DNA of 64,000 nucleotides from Cenarchaeum sp. (GTDB lineage: Archaea > Thermoproteota > Nitrososphaeria > Nitrososphaerales > Nitrosopumilaceae): contig CBDESU010000001.1 in assembly GCA_965242695.1 (NCBI GenBank), positions 1,440,001 through 1,504,000 of the forward strand, read 5' to 3'. A program made the position numbers and the translations under genes. Positions within the stretch are counted from its first letter, which is position 1. The number at the start of each line of letters is the position of its first letter. Positions 30,191 through 40,152 of this stretch are shown here, piece after piece. The notes beneath the pieces are model-generated. The model was not told the DNA's origin and searched no databases. It saw nothing but the letters and a program-made list of their open reading frames with translations.

Positions 30191-31663
30191 ATGGCCGCCG
30201 TGGGCATTCCGGACGACGACGGCCTGTACAGGATCATGGAGCTGTCCAACCCGTGGTGGACGGGCGGGCGGGTTCAGGGCGGGCGCGTGCGCAAGTTCAG
30301 GCGGCCCGAGCATGCCGAACTGATGCGGCGCATGGCGGAGCATCCGGTGCAGGCCGTGCTCGGCGCGCGGCAGGTAGGCAAGACGGCCATGCTGTACCAG
30401 ATCGCAGCGGATCTTGTCGCCGCCAACGATCCCAGGCGGGTGATGTTCCTATCGCTCGACGAGCTCGGCCTGTTCCCGAGCGCCGACAACCTGCGCCGCA
30501 TGCTGGACCTGTACTGCCTCCGCACGCTAGGCGAGTCCGTGCACGGCCTGGAGGGGGAGACTTACGTCATCCTAGACGAGGTACAGGCCGTCCCCAACTG
30601 GCAGCAGGCGGCAAAGCCCGTCGTCGGCCGCGGCGGCCCGCTCAGGCTCATCGTGGCGGGATCGTCAAGCGCCGGCATGTTCGGAAGCCCCGAGCCGCTG
30701 GCGGGGCGGATGCGGCGCCAGGCAATGGCGCCGATGAGCTTTTGCGAGACCCTCGCGTTCAGGAACCATCCGCATGCAGAGGCGGCCGCCGAGGCGGGGG
30801 AGGGCCTGCGCGGGGCGCTTGCGGCGTCCGTCGAGGAAAAGGATCCGGCGGCGTTCCACGACCGAGCAAGAAACGCGATGCTGGAGCTCGCCCAGGCTCG
30901 GGACGGCCTCAGGGTGCGCCTCTACGAGTACATGGTGTACGGGGGATGCCCCGGCATCGCGGCAAGCAGGGACCCCGTGTACAAGGCATGCGAGCTGAGG
31001 CGGGCGGTGAAGTTGTCCATGTACGACGTCGTAAAGGCGGGCGGCGTAAGAAACCCGCGCGCGCTGGAGGGCCTGCTCTACATGCTAGCAGAGGGATCGC
31101 CCCGCCTGATCGACAAGGGCAGGTTGCAAAGGACGCTCGGGATGCACAAGGCCACGCTCGACGCATACCTCTACCTGCTGGAGGCGACGCACCTGCTCTC
31201 GTACTCGCACGCATACTCTTCGAGGACATCGGGCAGTACCCGCGCGCGGAGAAAGGCGCACGTATGCGACGTCGGCGTACGCAACGCCGTCCTGTCGATG
31301 AGCGATGCGAGCATACTCTCCGACCCGGCCGAGGCTGGCAGGCTGGCCGAGACGGTCGCATGCACCCACACGAGGCGGCTGTGGGAGTCGCTCGACCACA
31401 CAGCGATGCCGCACATGCCGCACTACTGGCGTACCGGCAGGGGAGACGAGGTCGACTTGGTGATGAGCATCCGCCGCAGTCCCGTCCCGATCGGGGTCAA
31501 GTACCGCCAGCATGTGGAGTCATCCGACCTCAAGGGCCTGTCGCACTTTGTCGACAAGTTCAAGCCCGGGGTGGCGCTGGCGCTGGTGCAGGACAGGGTG
31601 CGGCTCGTCGGCGATTCCACAGTAGCGATCCCGCTGTGGCTGTACCTGGTCATGTGCGGGTGA
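30191..31663 (+). CDS. AAA_14 ATPase with DUF4143 domain
   Basis: NPWW, GARQVGKT, ILDEVQ, AGSS, LAGR, YGGCP, DVGVRN, YWR...EVD; the usual ExK reads GVK. Confidence 0.9.
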   Translation: MAAVGIPDDDGLYRIMELSNPWWTGGRVQGGRVRKFRRPEHAELMRRMAEHPVQAVLGARQVGKTAMLYQIAADLVAANDPRRVMFLSLDELGLFPSADNLRRMLDLYCLRTLGESVHGLEGETYVILDEVQAVPNWQQAAKPVVGRGGPLRLIVAGSSSAGMFGSPEPLAGRMRRQAMAPMSFCETLAFRNHPHAEAAAEAGEGLRGALAASVEEKDPAAFHDRARNAMLELAQARDGLRVRLYEYMVYGGCPGIAASRDPVYKACELRRAVKLSMYDVVKAGGVRNPRALEGLLYMLAEGSPRLIDKGRLQRTLGMHKATLDAYLYLLEATHLLSYSHAYSSRTSGSTRARRKAHVCDVGVRNAVLSMSDASILSDPAEAGRLAETVACTHTRRLWESLDHTAMPHMPHYWRTGRGDEVDLVMSIRRSPVPIGVKYRQHVESSDLKGLSHFVDKFKPGVALALVQDRVRLVGDSTVAIPLWLYLVMCG

Positions 31664-31771
31664 CTGGCCTCCGGGAGGCGGCGCATCGCGCGCGATCCGC
31701 TCCATCCCCCCCCACCACCAGCTCCCGCCGCGAGGAGCAAGGGATAAAGCGCCGCGTTCCGGCCCCGCCCC

Positions 31772-32665
31772 GTGCAGGGAGGCGTCGGAGAGGGCAAGAT
31801 CGAGGCGTATGCGCGCGCCTTTGACAGGTTCTTTGCCAGGCCGCGCATGTCGAGCACGTACAAGCCGGTGTTCGTCGGCGCCCTGGTCGACGTTGGCCGC
31901 TGGGAAGAGGACGATCGCCTCGAGGGGCGGCGGTGGATACGCAGGGAGTCCGACGGGCGCATAAGCGTCGGCCTGGACTTTGTCGCCGCCCGGTTTGCAA
32001 AGTTCTACTGGGACATGGCCGCCGGCTTTGGCGCAAGGCACGCGCCCGAGCGCATGGCAGACGCCGACGACCCCTCGAGGGACGTCCTGAACATCGTAAA
32101 GGTGATCAACGAAGAGATCGAGAAGAGGGAGAGGGCCGAGGTCCGCCGGGCCGCAATGTCGGCCGGCTCGGATCCAAGGGACATCGCCGAGGCGGCGTCC
32201 GACGCGGCCAGGAGGGCGCGCGCCGGCGCCGGCGGCGCCGGCGGCCCGCCGACGCTTGCCGAGCTAGCGTCAGACGAGATGGCCGCGTTCAGGCAGAGGG
32301 TGGTTGCAAGGGCCATCAAGCCAGAGGTGCTGCGCCACCTGCAGGAGGGCATGCCCGAGCTGTACGAGCGCGACGGGGACCGCATCATCCTGGACGCAGA
32401 GGCCGTCAGGTACATTGGGATGGCCGGCGCGGCCCTCAAGGCCGGCCTGTCCCACGTGATCGCCGTGCTGCTCGAAGAGGTCAACCCGTCGATGCGGCAT
32501 GCCGCATCCAAGGCAAGGCAGGACGTGCCGTACGAGGAGAGGCTCAAGAAGGTCGTGAGGCTGGAGGCCAGGGCCATGGAGCAGAGAGCCGACGTAGAGT
32601 CGCTCTACAGGATATCGTCGGACCTGACGGCCGGCCTAGAGAGGCTCGCTGCGCTCAAGACGTAG
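31772..32665 (+). CDS. Hypothetical protein, possible sulfur-binding-domain (SBD)-like fold without HNH
   Basis: MSSTYKPVFVGALVD...FAKFYWD resembles N-terminal domains of HNH/PT-reader proteins; immediately upstream of dndB. Confidence 0.5.
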   Translation: MQGGVGEGKIEAYARAFDRFFARPRMSSTYKPVFVGALVDVGRWEEDDRLEGRRWIRRESDGRISVGLDFVAARFAKFYWDMAAGFGARHAPERMADADDPSRDVLNIVKVINEEIEKRERAEVRRAAMSAGSDPRDIAEAASDAARRARAGAGGAGGPPTLAELASDEMAAFRQRVVARAIKPEVLRHLQEGMPELYERDGDRIILDAEAVRYIGMAGAALKAGLSHVIAVLLEEVNPSMRHAASKARQDVPYEERLKKVVRLEARAMEQRADVESLYRISSDLTAGLERLAALKT

Positions 32666-32763
32666 GCGGGCTGTACGGGGCGGACCCCGGCAGCAGGGCG
32701 GCGGCATGCCGCCGGCGACTCGGCATCCCGCTCCCCCCCCCACCCTCTCCCGCTCCGCTGCGC

Positions 32764-32859
32764 GCCCGGCGCGATCGCCTGCACTCCGCCTCCGCCCGCC
32801 CCTACCTCCGCCCCCGCGCCGCCCCTGCCCGGCGCGATCGCCTGCACTCCGCCTCCGCC
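32764..32859. repeat. 33-bp direct repeat pair (period 63) upstream of dndB copy 1
   Basis: GCCCGGCGCGATCGCCTGCACTCCGCCTCCGCC at 32764-32796 and 32827-32859. Confidence 0.9.
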
Positions 32860-32985
32860 GTCCCCCTGTCCGCCCTTGCCCCCTCAAGCCGCGCCCCGCG
32901 CACGCCCCGCCGCGCCTGCAACGTGCGTCCAAGCGGTACGGCGCACGCCGAAGCATTTATCAACACGCCCCCTGCGCGCCAAATC

Positions 32986-34062
32986 ATGATGGGGGGGGGG
33001 GCGGATCCTGAGGGCACCATGGGCTTTGACGCCATCCGCGGGGTCCAGGCCAAGCGCGAGTTCTACACCATCATGTGCACGTTCGCGACCATCACAAAGC
33101 ACTTCGAGTTCGACAACGACCCCCGCATAGCCCCCGAGCAGAGGGCCCAGCGCAAGCTGCGCGAGTCGCGCGTGCCCGACATTGCAAGCTACATCCTAGA
33201 GAACCGCGACACGTACGTCTTTTCGTCGATTACCGTCTCGGTCGGCGGCCGCGTAAAGTTCATCCCGAGCCCCGGCCAGGGGTCCGACGCGCGCCTCGGC
33301 AAGCTGTACATACCGCTCGACGCGCCGATCCTCATAAACGACGGCCAGCACAGGTGCGCCGCCATCAGGGCCGCGTTCGAGAAGGATCCGACGCTAGAGG
33401 TCGAGCGGGTCTCGGTCGTCGTCTTCGAGGACAGGGGCCTCAAGCGCAGCCAGCAGATGTTCGCCGACCTCAACAAGCACGCCGTAAAGCCGACGCGCTC
33501 GCTCGGGCTCCTGTACGACCACAGGGACACGTACGCGCGGTTCATCGTGACGATGATCAAGGACATCGAGGCGTTCGCCGGCCGGATAGAGATGGAGCGG
33601 ACCAACATATCGCACCGCTCCAAGAACCTGTTCACGCTCAACGGGGTCGCCGATGCGACGCGCTACCTTCTCAGGATGAGGGCAAAGACAAAGTCGATCG
33701 CGTCCGAGAAGCAAAAGCTCGCCGTAGAGTTCTGGAACAGGGCGGCCGGGAACATACCCGAGTGGAGCCTGCTCATGGAGGGGAGGATCACGACGGCCGA
33801 GATGAGAAAGGGGTACGTCCACGCCCACACGAACATGCTCAACGCTCTGGGGATTGCGGGCCACGTCATTACGAGGAGGGACGACTGGCGCGACGTGCTG
33901 AAGGGGCTGCAAAAGGTGGACTGGCGCAAGGACAGCCCCGTGTGGCGCGACAAGATCGTAATGGACGGGCGCATGCTAAAGAACCGCCTCGGCATAAAGC
34001 GCGCGGCCAACGCGCTGCTCGCCGAGCTCGGCCTAGACGAGAGGGTCGAGGAGGCGGTGTGA
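32986..34062 (+). CDS. dndB: DNA sulfur modification protein DndB, copy 1
   Basis: AIRGVQA, RAQR, INDGQHR, SQQMFADLN motifs. Confidence 0.93.
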   Translation: MMGGGADPEGTMGFDAIRGVQAKREFYTIMCTFATITKHFEFDNDPRIAPEQRAQRKLRESRVPDIASYILENRDTYVFSSITVSVGGRVKFIPSPGQGSDARLGKLYIPLDAPILINDGQHRCAAIRAAFEKDPTLEVERVSVVVFEDRGLKRSQQMFADLNKHAVKPTRSLGLLYDHRDTYARFIVTMIKDIEAFAGRIEMERTNISHRSKNLFTLNGVADATRYLLRMRAKTKSIASEKQKLAVEFWNRAAGNIPEWSLLMEGRITTAEMRKGYVHAHTNMLNALGIAGHVITRRDDWRDVLKGLQKVDWRKDSPVWRDKIVMDGRMLKNRLGIKRAANALLAELGLDERVEEAV

Positions 34063-34063
34063 C

Positions 34064-35602
34064 ATGGGGGCCGCGTCGGTCTTTGACTCGCGCACGCTCG
34101 GGGACGTGTACGAGGAGATCCGCGGGGTGTACGCGGGCGACCCCAGGCCGTGGATACTCGGGTTCAGCGGCGGCAAGGACTCTACGTGCATGGTGCAGCT
34201 CGTGTGGAACGCCCTGTCGGCCCTGCCCCCCGAGAAGCTGCTCAAGCGGCTGCACGTCATATCGTCGGACACGCGCGTCGAGTCGCCGACGGTGGCCGAG
34301 CAGATCAGGCGCTCGCATGCGATGATCGATGCGGCGGCGGCCAGGTCGGGCCTGCCCATATCGACGAGTATAGTCAGGCCGCCGACCGAGGAGACGTTCT
34401 GGGTGTGCCTGCTCGGGAGGGGGTACCCTGCGCCGACGAACCTGTTCCGGTGGTGCACCGACAGGCTAAAGGTGTCCAATGCGGACAGGTTCGTGCGCGA
34501 GCAGGTCTCTAGGTACGGCGAGGCCGTCGCCGTGCTCGGCACGCGCAAGGACGAGAGCGGCTCGAGGGGGCAGCTGATGAACCTGTACGAGATCGAGGGC
34601 AGCCGCCTGTCCAGGCACTCGAAGCTGGCGCAGACGTACGTGTACACGCCGCTGCGCGACTTTACGTCGAGGGACGTGTGGAACTATCTGCTGCAGCACA
34701 AGAACCCGTGGGGGGCGAGCAACCGCGACCTGCTGGCCATGTACAAGGACGCCAACGCGGCCGAGTGCCCGCTGGTCGTCGATACGAGCACGCCCTCGTG
34801 CGGGGGGACGAGGTTCGGGTGCTGGACGTGCACCGTCGTCGAGAGCGACTCGTCCCTGAGGAACACCGTGGACAACGGGGCCGAGTGGATGGAGCCGCTG
34901 CTCGAGCTGCGCGAGGAGCTAAAGGCCACGCAGGATCCGGCGCGGCGGCGCGAGGTGAGGTCGCTCAAGCGGAGGCTGGGGCAGATGAAGCTGATCGACG
35001 ATGCGCGCAGGGATACGTTCGAGAAAAAGATGCGCGAGTCCGAAGAGGCAAGGGCGGCGGCATCGGCATCGGAGGGAGGCGGCAGGGATGCGTCCGGTGC
35101 GGGCGACGACCCGTACTCCAAGCTGGTGCCGGGCCCGTACACGTTCGAGTTCTGCGTGCACTTTCTAGAGAGGCTTCTGGCGGCGCAGGAGAGGGTCAGG
35201 CGGGACGGGCCCGACCCCGGCATCGTCCTGATAGGCGACGACGAGGTGCACGAGATACAGAGGATATGGAGGGCAGAGCGCGGCGACTGGCGCGACACCG
35301 CGTACCGGACGTACGAGAGGGCGACGGGGAGGGCCCTGGCCGCGCCGGGCGAGGACATGGGCGGGCCCGGGGCGGCCGAGCAGGAAGTGTTGGAGGAGGT
35401 CTGCGCCGGCAGGGGCGTGCCGGCGCTGCTCGTCTCAAAGCTGCTCAACGCCGAGCACGAGTCGCGGGGGATGGCGCGGCGATCGGGCGTGTACCGGAGG
35501 ATCAACGCGGTCCTCTCCGAGGAGTGGCGCGAGGACATGGGCGAGGTCATCGGCGACCTTGAGCGCAAAAAGGCCGCAAGGGAGGAGCTTGGAGGGGTTT
35601 GA
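34064..35602 (+). CDS. dndC: Phosphorothioation sulfurtransferase DndC, copy 1
   Basis: FSGGKDS, GYPAP, RWCTDRLK, ECPLVVD, CGGTRFGCWTCTVV. Confidence 0.95.
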   Translation: MGAASVFDSRTLGDVYEEIRGVYAGDPRPWILGFSGGKDSTCMVQLVWNALSALPPEKLLKRLHVISSDTRVESPTVAEQIRRSHAMIDAAAARSGLPISTSIVRPPTEETFWVCLLGRGYPAPTNLFRWCTDRLKVSNADRFVREQVSRYGEAVAVLGTRKDESGSRGQLMNLYEIEGSRLSRHSKLAQTYVYTPLRDFTSRDVWNYLLQHKNPWGASNRDLLAMYKDANAAECPLVVDTSTPSCGGTRFGCWTCTVVESDSSLRNTVDNGAEWMEPLLELREELKATQDPARRREVRSLKRRLGQMKLIDDARRDTFEKKMRESEEARAAASASEGGGRDASGAGDDPYSKLVPGPYTFEFCVHFLERLLAAQERVRRDGPDPGIVLIGDDEVHEIQRIWRAERGDWRDTAYRTYERATGRALAAPGEDMGGPGAAEQEVLEEVCAGRGVPALLVSKLLNAEHESRGMARRSGVYRRINAVLSEEWREDMGEVIGDLERKKAAREELGGV

Positions 35603-37671
35603 TGCTGACCGGGATCGTCCTGACGGACTATGGGCTGTACCGCGGGCGCAACGAGATCGACCTGTCGTGCGCGGCCGACAGGCCGGTCGTGCTCGTCGGC
35701 GGGCTCAACGGGGCCGGAAAAACGACGCTGTTCGAGGCCGTCAGGCTGTGCCTGTACGGCGGCGCGGCGCTGGTCGGGAGGGGGGCGCGGCGGGGAGGCA
35801 GGAAGGCGTACGAGGAGTTTCTGGCGCGCAGGGTGCACAGGCCGACGGGAGAAGGCATGAGGGAGGAGGATCGGCGCGCATCCGTGGCGGTTACATTCGG
35901 GTTCTTCCATGGAGGGAAGGAGTCCGAGTACAGGGTCGAGAGGTCTTGGTCGTCGGGTGCCGGCGGCGGCGGGGGAGTCGACGAGCGGCTAGAGGTCGGC
36001 AGGCGCAGCCCCGGCGATACAGAGTTTGCGCCGCTCGATGCCGTCGAGAGGCCCCACTGGCAGCAGTTCATCGAGGGGATCATACCGCGCGGGATAATGC
36101 AGCTGTTCTTTTTTGACGGGGAAAAGGTAGCAAGGATGGCCGGCGGGGACGAGGGCGCCGGAGCGGCCGAGGGCGAGGCCGTGCGCGAGGCGTTCGGGGC
36201 CCTGCTCGGCCTGGACACGGTCGAGCAGCTCCAGGCCGACCTAGAGGTCAACCTGGCGCGCAACCTGACGGGGGGCGGGGCGGCGCTGCGCGCCGAGTAC
36301 GAGAGGGTCAGGGAGGAGAGGGACGAGAACGACGCCGGCTCGGCGCGCCTGCGCGAGAGGCTGGCCCAAAAGGCTACCGAGCTGGATGCCGTGCGAGCCC
36401 AGACCGAGGCCGCCGAGGCTAGGATAGCCAGGGTGGGAGGCGGCTTTGCGGCAAGGCGGGAAGAGGCAAAGGCCGAGCTTGCAGCGGCGCGGTCCGAGCA
36501 CGAGGCCTCCTGCCAGCGCCTGCGCGAGATGTGCTCCGGCGCCCTCCCGTTCGCGCTCGTGCCGGCCAGGCTGGCGCGGATGCGCGACTCCATACTGGAG
36601 GATCAAAAGGCGCAGCGCCGGCGGGCCGGGCAGGCCGAGCTGAGTGCGAGCATCGGCAGGATGCTATCCAGGCTCGACGCGGACGGGTTTCGGACAGGCG
36701 CGGCCCTTGACGGCGAGGGGGCAAAGAGGGCCGCGATGCTGGTCGCAAGGGCCGCGGCCGGCGAGTCTGGCGGCGCGGACGTGCCCGAGCCGCCCATGGG
36801 CCTGTCCGAGTCGCAGGTGGCCGTACTGGTGCGGGCGATCGACGAGGCCGACAGGGCCGCCGAGGGCCTGGCCGAGCATGCCGATGCGGCGGCCGCATCT
36901 GCCGAGAGGATCGCCGGCATCGAGTCGTCGCTGGCAAAGGCGCCGCGCGACGACGAGATCGGCCCGCTCGTCTCCGAGGTCGGCAGGCTTCGGGCCGAGG
37001 AGGGCAGGCTCAAGGCCGAGTCGGACCACATAGAGGGGAGGATATCGAGCAGCGCGGCGCTGCGGCAGCACCTCAACGCAAAGCTGCGCGAGACGATGTC
37101 CCGCATATACAAGGCCGAGGGATCCCAGAGGAGGGCCGAGCTTACCAGGCGCGTGCAGGGCGTCCTGGAAGAGTACGCCGGCAGGCTCAGGGCAAGGAAG
37201 GTGCGCGAGCTAGAGAGGCACCTGCTAGAGTCGGCCCGCACGCTGCTGCACAAGGGCGACCTGATCGGCGGCGCAAGCGTGGACCCCGAGACGTTTCGGG
37301 TGTCGCTGTCCAGGCCCGGCGGCTCCGAGCTGCGCAGGGACGAGCTGTCCGAGGGCGAGAAGCAGATGCTGGCGACGGCCCTGCTGTGGGCGCTGGCCAG
37401 GGCGTCGGGCAGGGCCCTGCCGTTCATGATCGACACGCCGCTCGCAAGGCTCGACAGGAGCCACCGCGACAGCATGGTCGACAGGTTCCTGCCTGCCGCC
37501 TCGCACCAGGTCATCGTCCTCTCGACGGACGAGGAGATCGACCAGAGGCGGCGCGCCAGGCTCGAGCCGCACCTGAGCCGGACGTACCTTGTGGAGTACG
37601 GGGGCGGCGCGACGAGGTGCCGCGAGGGGTACTTTGAGCCGGAGGAGGCTGGAAGGGTTGCCGCGGTTTAG
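35602..37671 (+). CDS. dndD: DndD SMC-like ATPase, copy 1
   Basis: GLNGAGKTT, FFFDGEK, LSEGEKQM, IDTPLARLD, SHQVIVLSTDEEI. Confidence 0.95.
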   Translation: MLTGIVLTDYGLYRGRNEIDLSCAADRPVVLVGGLNGAGKTTLFEAVRLCLYGGAALVGRGARRGGRKAYEEFLARRVHRPTGEGMREEDRRASVAVTFGFFHGGKESEYRVERSWSSGAGGGGGVDERLEVGRRSPGDTEFAPLDAVERPHWQQFIEGIIPRGIMQLFFFDGEKVARMAGGDEGAGAAEGEAVREAFGALLGLDTVEQLQADLEVNLARNLTGGGAALRAEYERVREERDENDAGSARLRERLAQKATELDAVRAQTEAAEARIARVGGGFAARREEAKAELAAARSEHEASCQRLREMCSGALPFALVPARLARMRDSILEDQKAQRRRAGQAELSASIGRMLSRLDADGFRTGAALDGEGAKRAAMLVARAAAGESGGADVPEPPMGLSESQVAVLVRAIDEADRAAEGLAEHADAAAASAERIAGIESSLAKAPRDDEIGPLVSEVGRLRAEEGRLKAESDHIEGRISSSAALRQHLNAKLRETMSRIYKAEGSQRRAELTRRVQGVLEEYAGRLRARKVRELERHLLESARTLLHKGDLIGGASVDPETFRVSLSRPGGSELRRDELSEGEKQMLATALLWALARASGRALPFMIDTPLARLDRSHRDSMVDRFLPAASHQVIVLSTDEEIDQRRRARLEPHLSRTYLVEYGGGATRCREGYFEPEEAGRVAAV

Positions 37672-38044
37672 CAGGCTGCGGATGAGCCTGCGCTCGCAGA
37701 ACCTCATGGCGCAGCTAAAGGCGCGCACCGGCATGACGCCGAACGTGACCGGCAGGCTCGCCATATGCATCTCGCTCGGCGACCCGTCGCCGCCAAACCC
37801 CGACGAGTTCGACGAGAGGGGCTCCGAGATCTACCCGTCGGCGATGTTCGGCGAGCACGAGGAGATGTTCATGGCGCTCATGCTCCAGCGGCTAGAGGAG
37901 GACGGCCTCGACCCCGACGTATACCTCAACCGCATGGTCAGGGCCCACTTCAACAGGGGGACGATCGCGCTGTTCGCAAGGGTGCACCACATAGCCGACA
38001 TCGGCAGGGTCGTGGCCGAGGAGCGGGAGGCGCAGGGGTATTGA
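37658..38044 (+). CDS. dndE: DndE, copy 1
   Basis: QLKARTGMTPNV..RLAICISL...RAHFNRG; position after dndD. Confidence 0.9.
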   Translation: MPRFSRLRMSLRSQNLMAQLKARTGMTPNVTGRLAICISLGDPSPPNPDEFDERGSEIYPSAMFGEHEEMFMALMLQRLEEDGLDPDVYLNRMVRAHFNRGTIALFARVHHIADIGRVVAEEREAQGY

Positions 38045-39264
38045 CGGCGCAGGGGCGGGCGGCTGCCCCGAAGGAGGGAAGCGGCGATCGGCCGGTGTAC
38101 CTCGACAGCCACGCCACGACGCGGCCCGACCCGCTCGTAGTGGAGGCTATGATGCCGTACCTGACCGAGCGCTTTGGAAACGCGTCAAGTACGGACCATA
38201 CGTACGGGCGCGACGCCTCGGAGGCCGTGGAAGAGGCCCGCCGGCAGGTGGCTACGCTCGTCAACGCAAGGCCCAACGAGATCGTATTCACGTCGGGCGC
38301 GACCGAGTCGGACAACATGGCCATCGTGGGAGCCATGGAAAGGTACAGGGACAGGGGCGACCACATGGTAACCTGCGAGACCGAGCACAGGGCTGTCCTC
38401 GACACGGCGCGGCACATGGAGAAAAAGGGCAGGCGCGTAACATACCTACCCGTCGATGAGTTCGGGATCGTAGAGCCCGGCGCCGTGCGCGATGCCATCG
38501 GCGACAGGACCATACTAGTCTCTATCATGGCGGCAAACAATGAGATCGGGACCATACCCGACATAGGGGCCATCGGCCGCGCAACGCGCGAGGCAGGCGT
38601 GCTGTTCCACACGGATGCTGCGCAGGCTGCCGGCCACATCCCGATCGATGTGCAGTCCATGAACATCGACCTCATGTCGCTCTCGGCCCACAAGATGCAC
38701 GGCCCAAAGGGGGCAGGGGCGCTGTACGTCAGGGGCACGTCCCCAAGGGTCGTACTCGAGCCCATACTGCACGGCGGCGGGCAGGAGCGCGGCCTGCGGT
38801 CGGGGACGCTTAACGTGCCGGCCATAGTCGGGTTCGGCAGGGCTACCGAGCTTGCTCGGGCCCGCATGCGGGACGATGCGGGGAGGCTTGCCAAATGGTC
38901 GTCAATGATGCGAAAGGATTTCGAGGCGGTCGGCGGCAGGATCATGGGCCACCCCGACCGGCGGCTTGCTCACAACGTCTGCGTGCGGTTCCCAGGCATC
39001 GACGGCAAGGCGATAATCAACACCGTGTCCGAATCGCTGGCGATATCGGCAGGCTCGGCCTGCACCGCGCAGGCGGTCGAGCCATCACACGTCCTGCTTG
39101 CCACGGGGTTGTCAGAAGAGGAGGCGCACTCGGCCGTGCGCATAGGGCTCGACAGGTTCAACACGGATGCCGACGTCGACCTGCTCGTCTCGACAGCGTC
39201 TGCCGCCGTACATCAGCTGCTAGGCATGGGGGGAGGAGGGCGCGAGGAGTACAAAGGGGTGTAG
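38041..39264 (+). CDS. dndA: Cysteine desulfurase DndA/IscS, copy 1
   Basis: YLDSHATT, FTSGATES, HTDAAQ, SAHKMHGPKG, RSGT, SAGSAC; TTG overlaps the dndE stop. Confidence 0.92.
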   Translation: MTAQGRAAAPKEGSGDRPVYLDSHATTRPDPLVVEAMMPYLTERFGNASSTDHTYGRDASEAVEEARRQVATLVNARPNEIVFTSGATESDNMAIVGAMERYRDRGDHMVTCETEHRAVLDTARHMEKKGRRVTYLPVDEFGIVEPGAVRDAIGDRTILVSIMAANNEIGTIPDIGAIGRATREAGVLFHTDAAQAAGHIPIDVQSMNIDLMSLSAHKMHGPKGAGALYVRGTSPRVVLEPILHGGGQERGLRSGTLNVPAIVGFGRATELARARMRDDAGRLAKWSSMMRKDFEAVGGRIMGHPDRRLAHNVCVRFPGIDGKAIINTVSESLAISAGSACTAQAVEPSHVLLATGLSEEEAHSAVRIGLDRFNTDADVDLLVSTASAAVHQLLGMGGGGREEYKGV

Positions 39265-39270
39265 CCGGCA

Positions 39271-40152
39271 GTGTCCAAGGACTTTGTGATGATCGTCAGC
39301 GGACGCGATGCGGAGAGGTTCAGGCGGTTCTGCACGGGCGAAGACGGCGCAGCGGCGCTCCCACTGGGCGCAGAGGGCGATGCCGTCAACCTTTGGGCGG
39401 TGTCAGCACCGTCCGGTGGCAACGTGTGGGACAAGGTTGAAAGTGGAGACAGGGTGTTCTTCGCCGAGTTCGGGTCGCGGTTTGTCGCATGCGGCACCGT
39501 GTCTGGCACAGCGCAAGACGGATCGACGGCGGTTCGTACGTGGGGCGACACGCCGCGCATGCGCATGCTCGATCGATTCATACTGTTTTCCAAAGTGCGC
39601 GAAGTGTCCGAGCCGTTCGGCAGGACATGCAGGAAGGCTGGCATCGAGCCGTCCGAGTTCACCGCCCTGTACGAAGCGGCGGGGCACATCGACTCATTGC
39701 CGCGCGGCCCCGGCTCGCAGGCCTACGAGATGCCCATACCGCGCGGCATGATCGCAATTCCGGCCGACGGGGACGGTCCACCCGAAAAGGTAGCAGGGCC
39801 CGTGACCCGGTTTATCAGGGATGCGGAAAAGGCTCAGAAGATCAAGCGCCTGTACCTCGACAGGTGCCAGGTCTGCGGCATTGCGATAGAGATGCCGGGC
39901 GGCATGAAGTATAGCGAGGTCCACCACCTCCGTCCCCTCAAGGAGGGCGGGGATGACAACTATGGCAACATGATCGTCCTGTGCCCCAACCACCACGCAA
40001 GGTTTGACTGCGGGGCCGTAGGAATATCCAAGGACGGCTCGACGGTCATCGACTGGCGAGGCAGAAAGGTAGGGAGAGTCACCATTGCAGGTGGCCACTC
40101 GATCGACCGGAAGAACATCACATATCACGCGGAGGCGATGCGGCGGGTATGA
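39271..40152 (+). CDS. HNH endonuclease with N-terminal EVE/PUA-like domain
   Basis: W......W.KVESGDRVFF N-terminus; CQVCG, EVHHLRPL, NMIVLCPNHHARFD. Confidence 0.8.
   Translation: MSKDFVMIVSGRDAERFRRFCTGEDGAAALPLGAEGDAVNLWAVSAPSGGNVWDKVESGDRVFFAEFGSRFVACGTVSGTAQDGSTAVRTWGDTPRMRMLDRFILFSKVREVSEPFGRTCRKAGIEPSEFTALYEAAGHIDSLPRGPGSQAYEMPIPRGMIAIPADGDGPPEKVAGPVTRFIRDAEKAQKIKRLYLDRCQVCGIAIEMPGGMKYSEVHHLRPLKEGGDDNYGNMIVLCPNHHARFDCGAVGISKDGSTVIDWRGRKVGRVTIAGGHSIDRKNITYHAEAMRRV

Noticed and set aside
32764-32859. Sixth member of the 72-bp scar class
   Set aside because: Period is 63 and the intervening DNA is low-complexity and resembles the downstream flank.
34990-35110. DndC1 insertion as an old scar (GCAGGGATACGTTCG vs GCAGGGATGCGTCCG, period 75)
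   Set aside because: The match is too short and the period differs.
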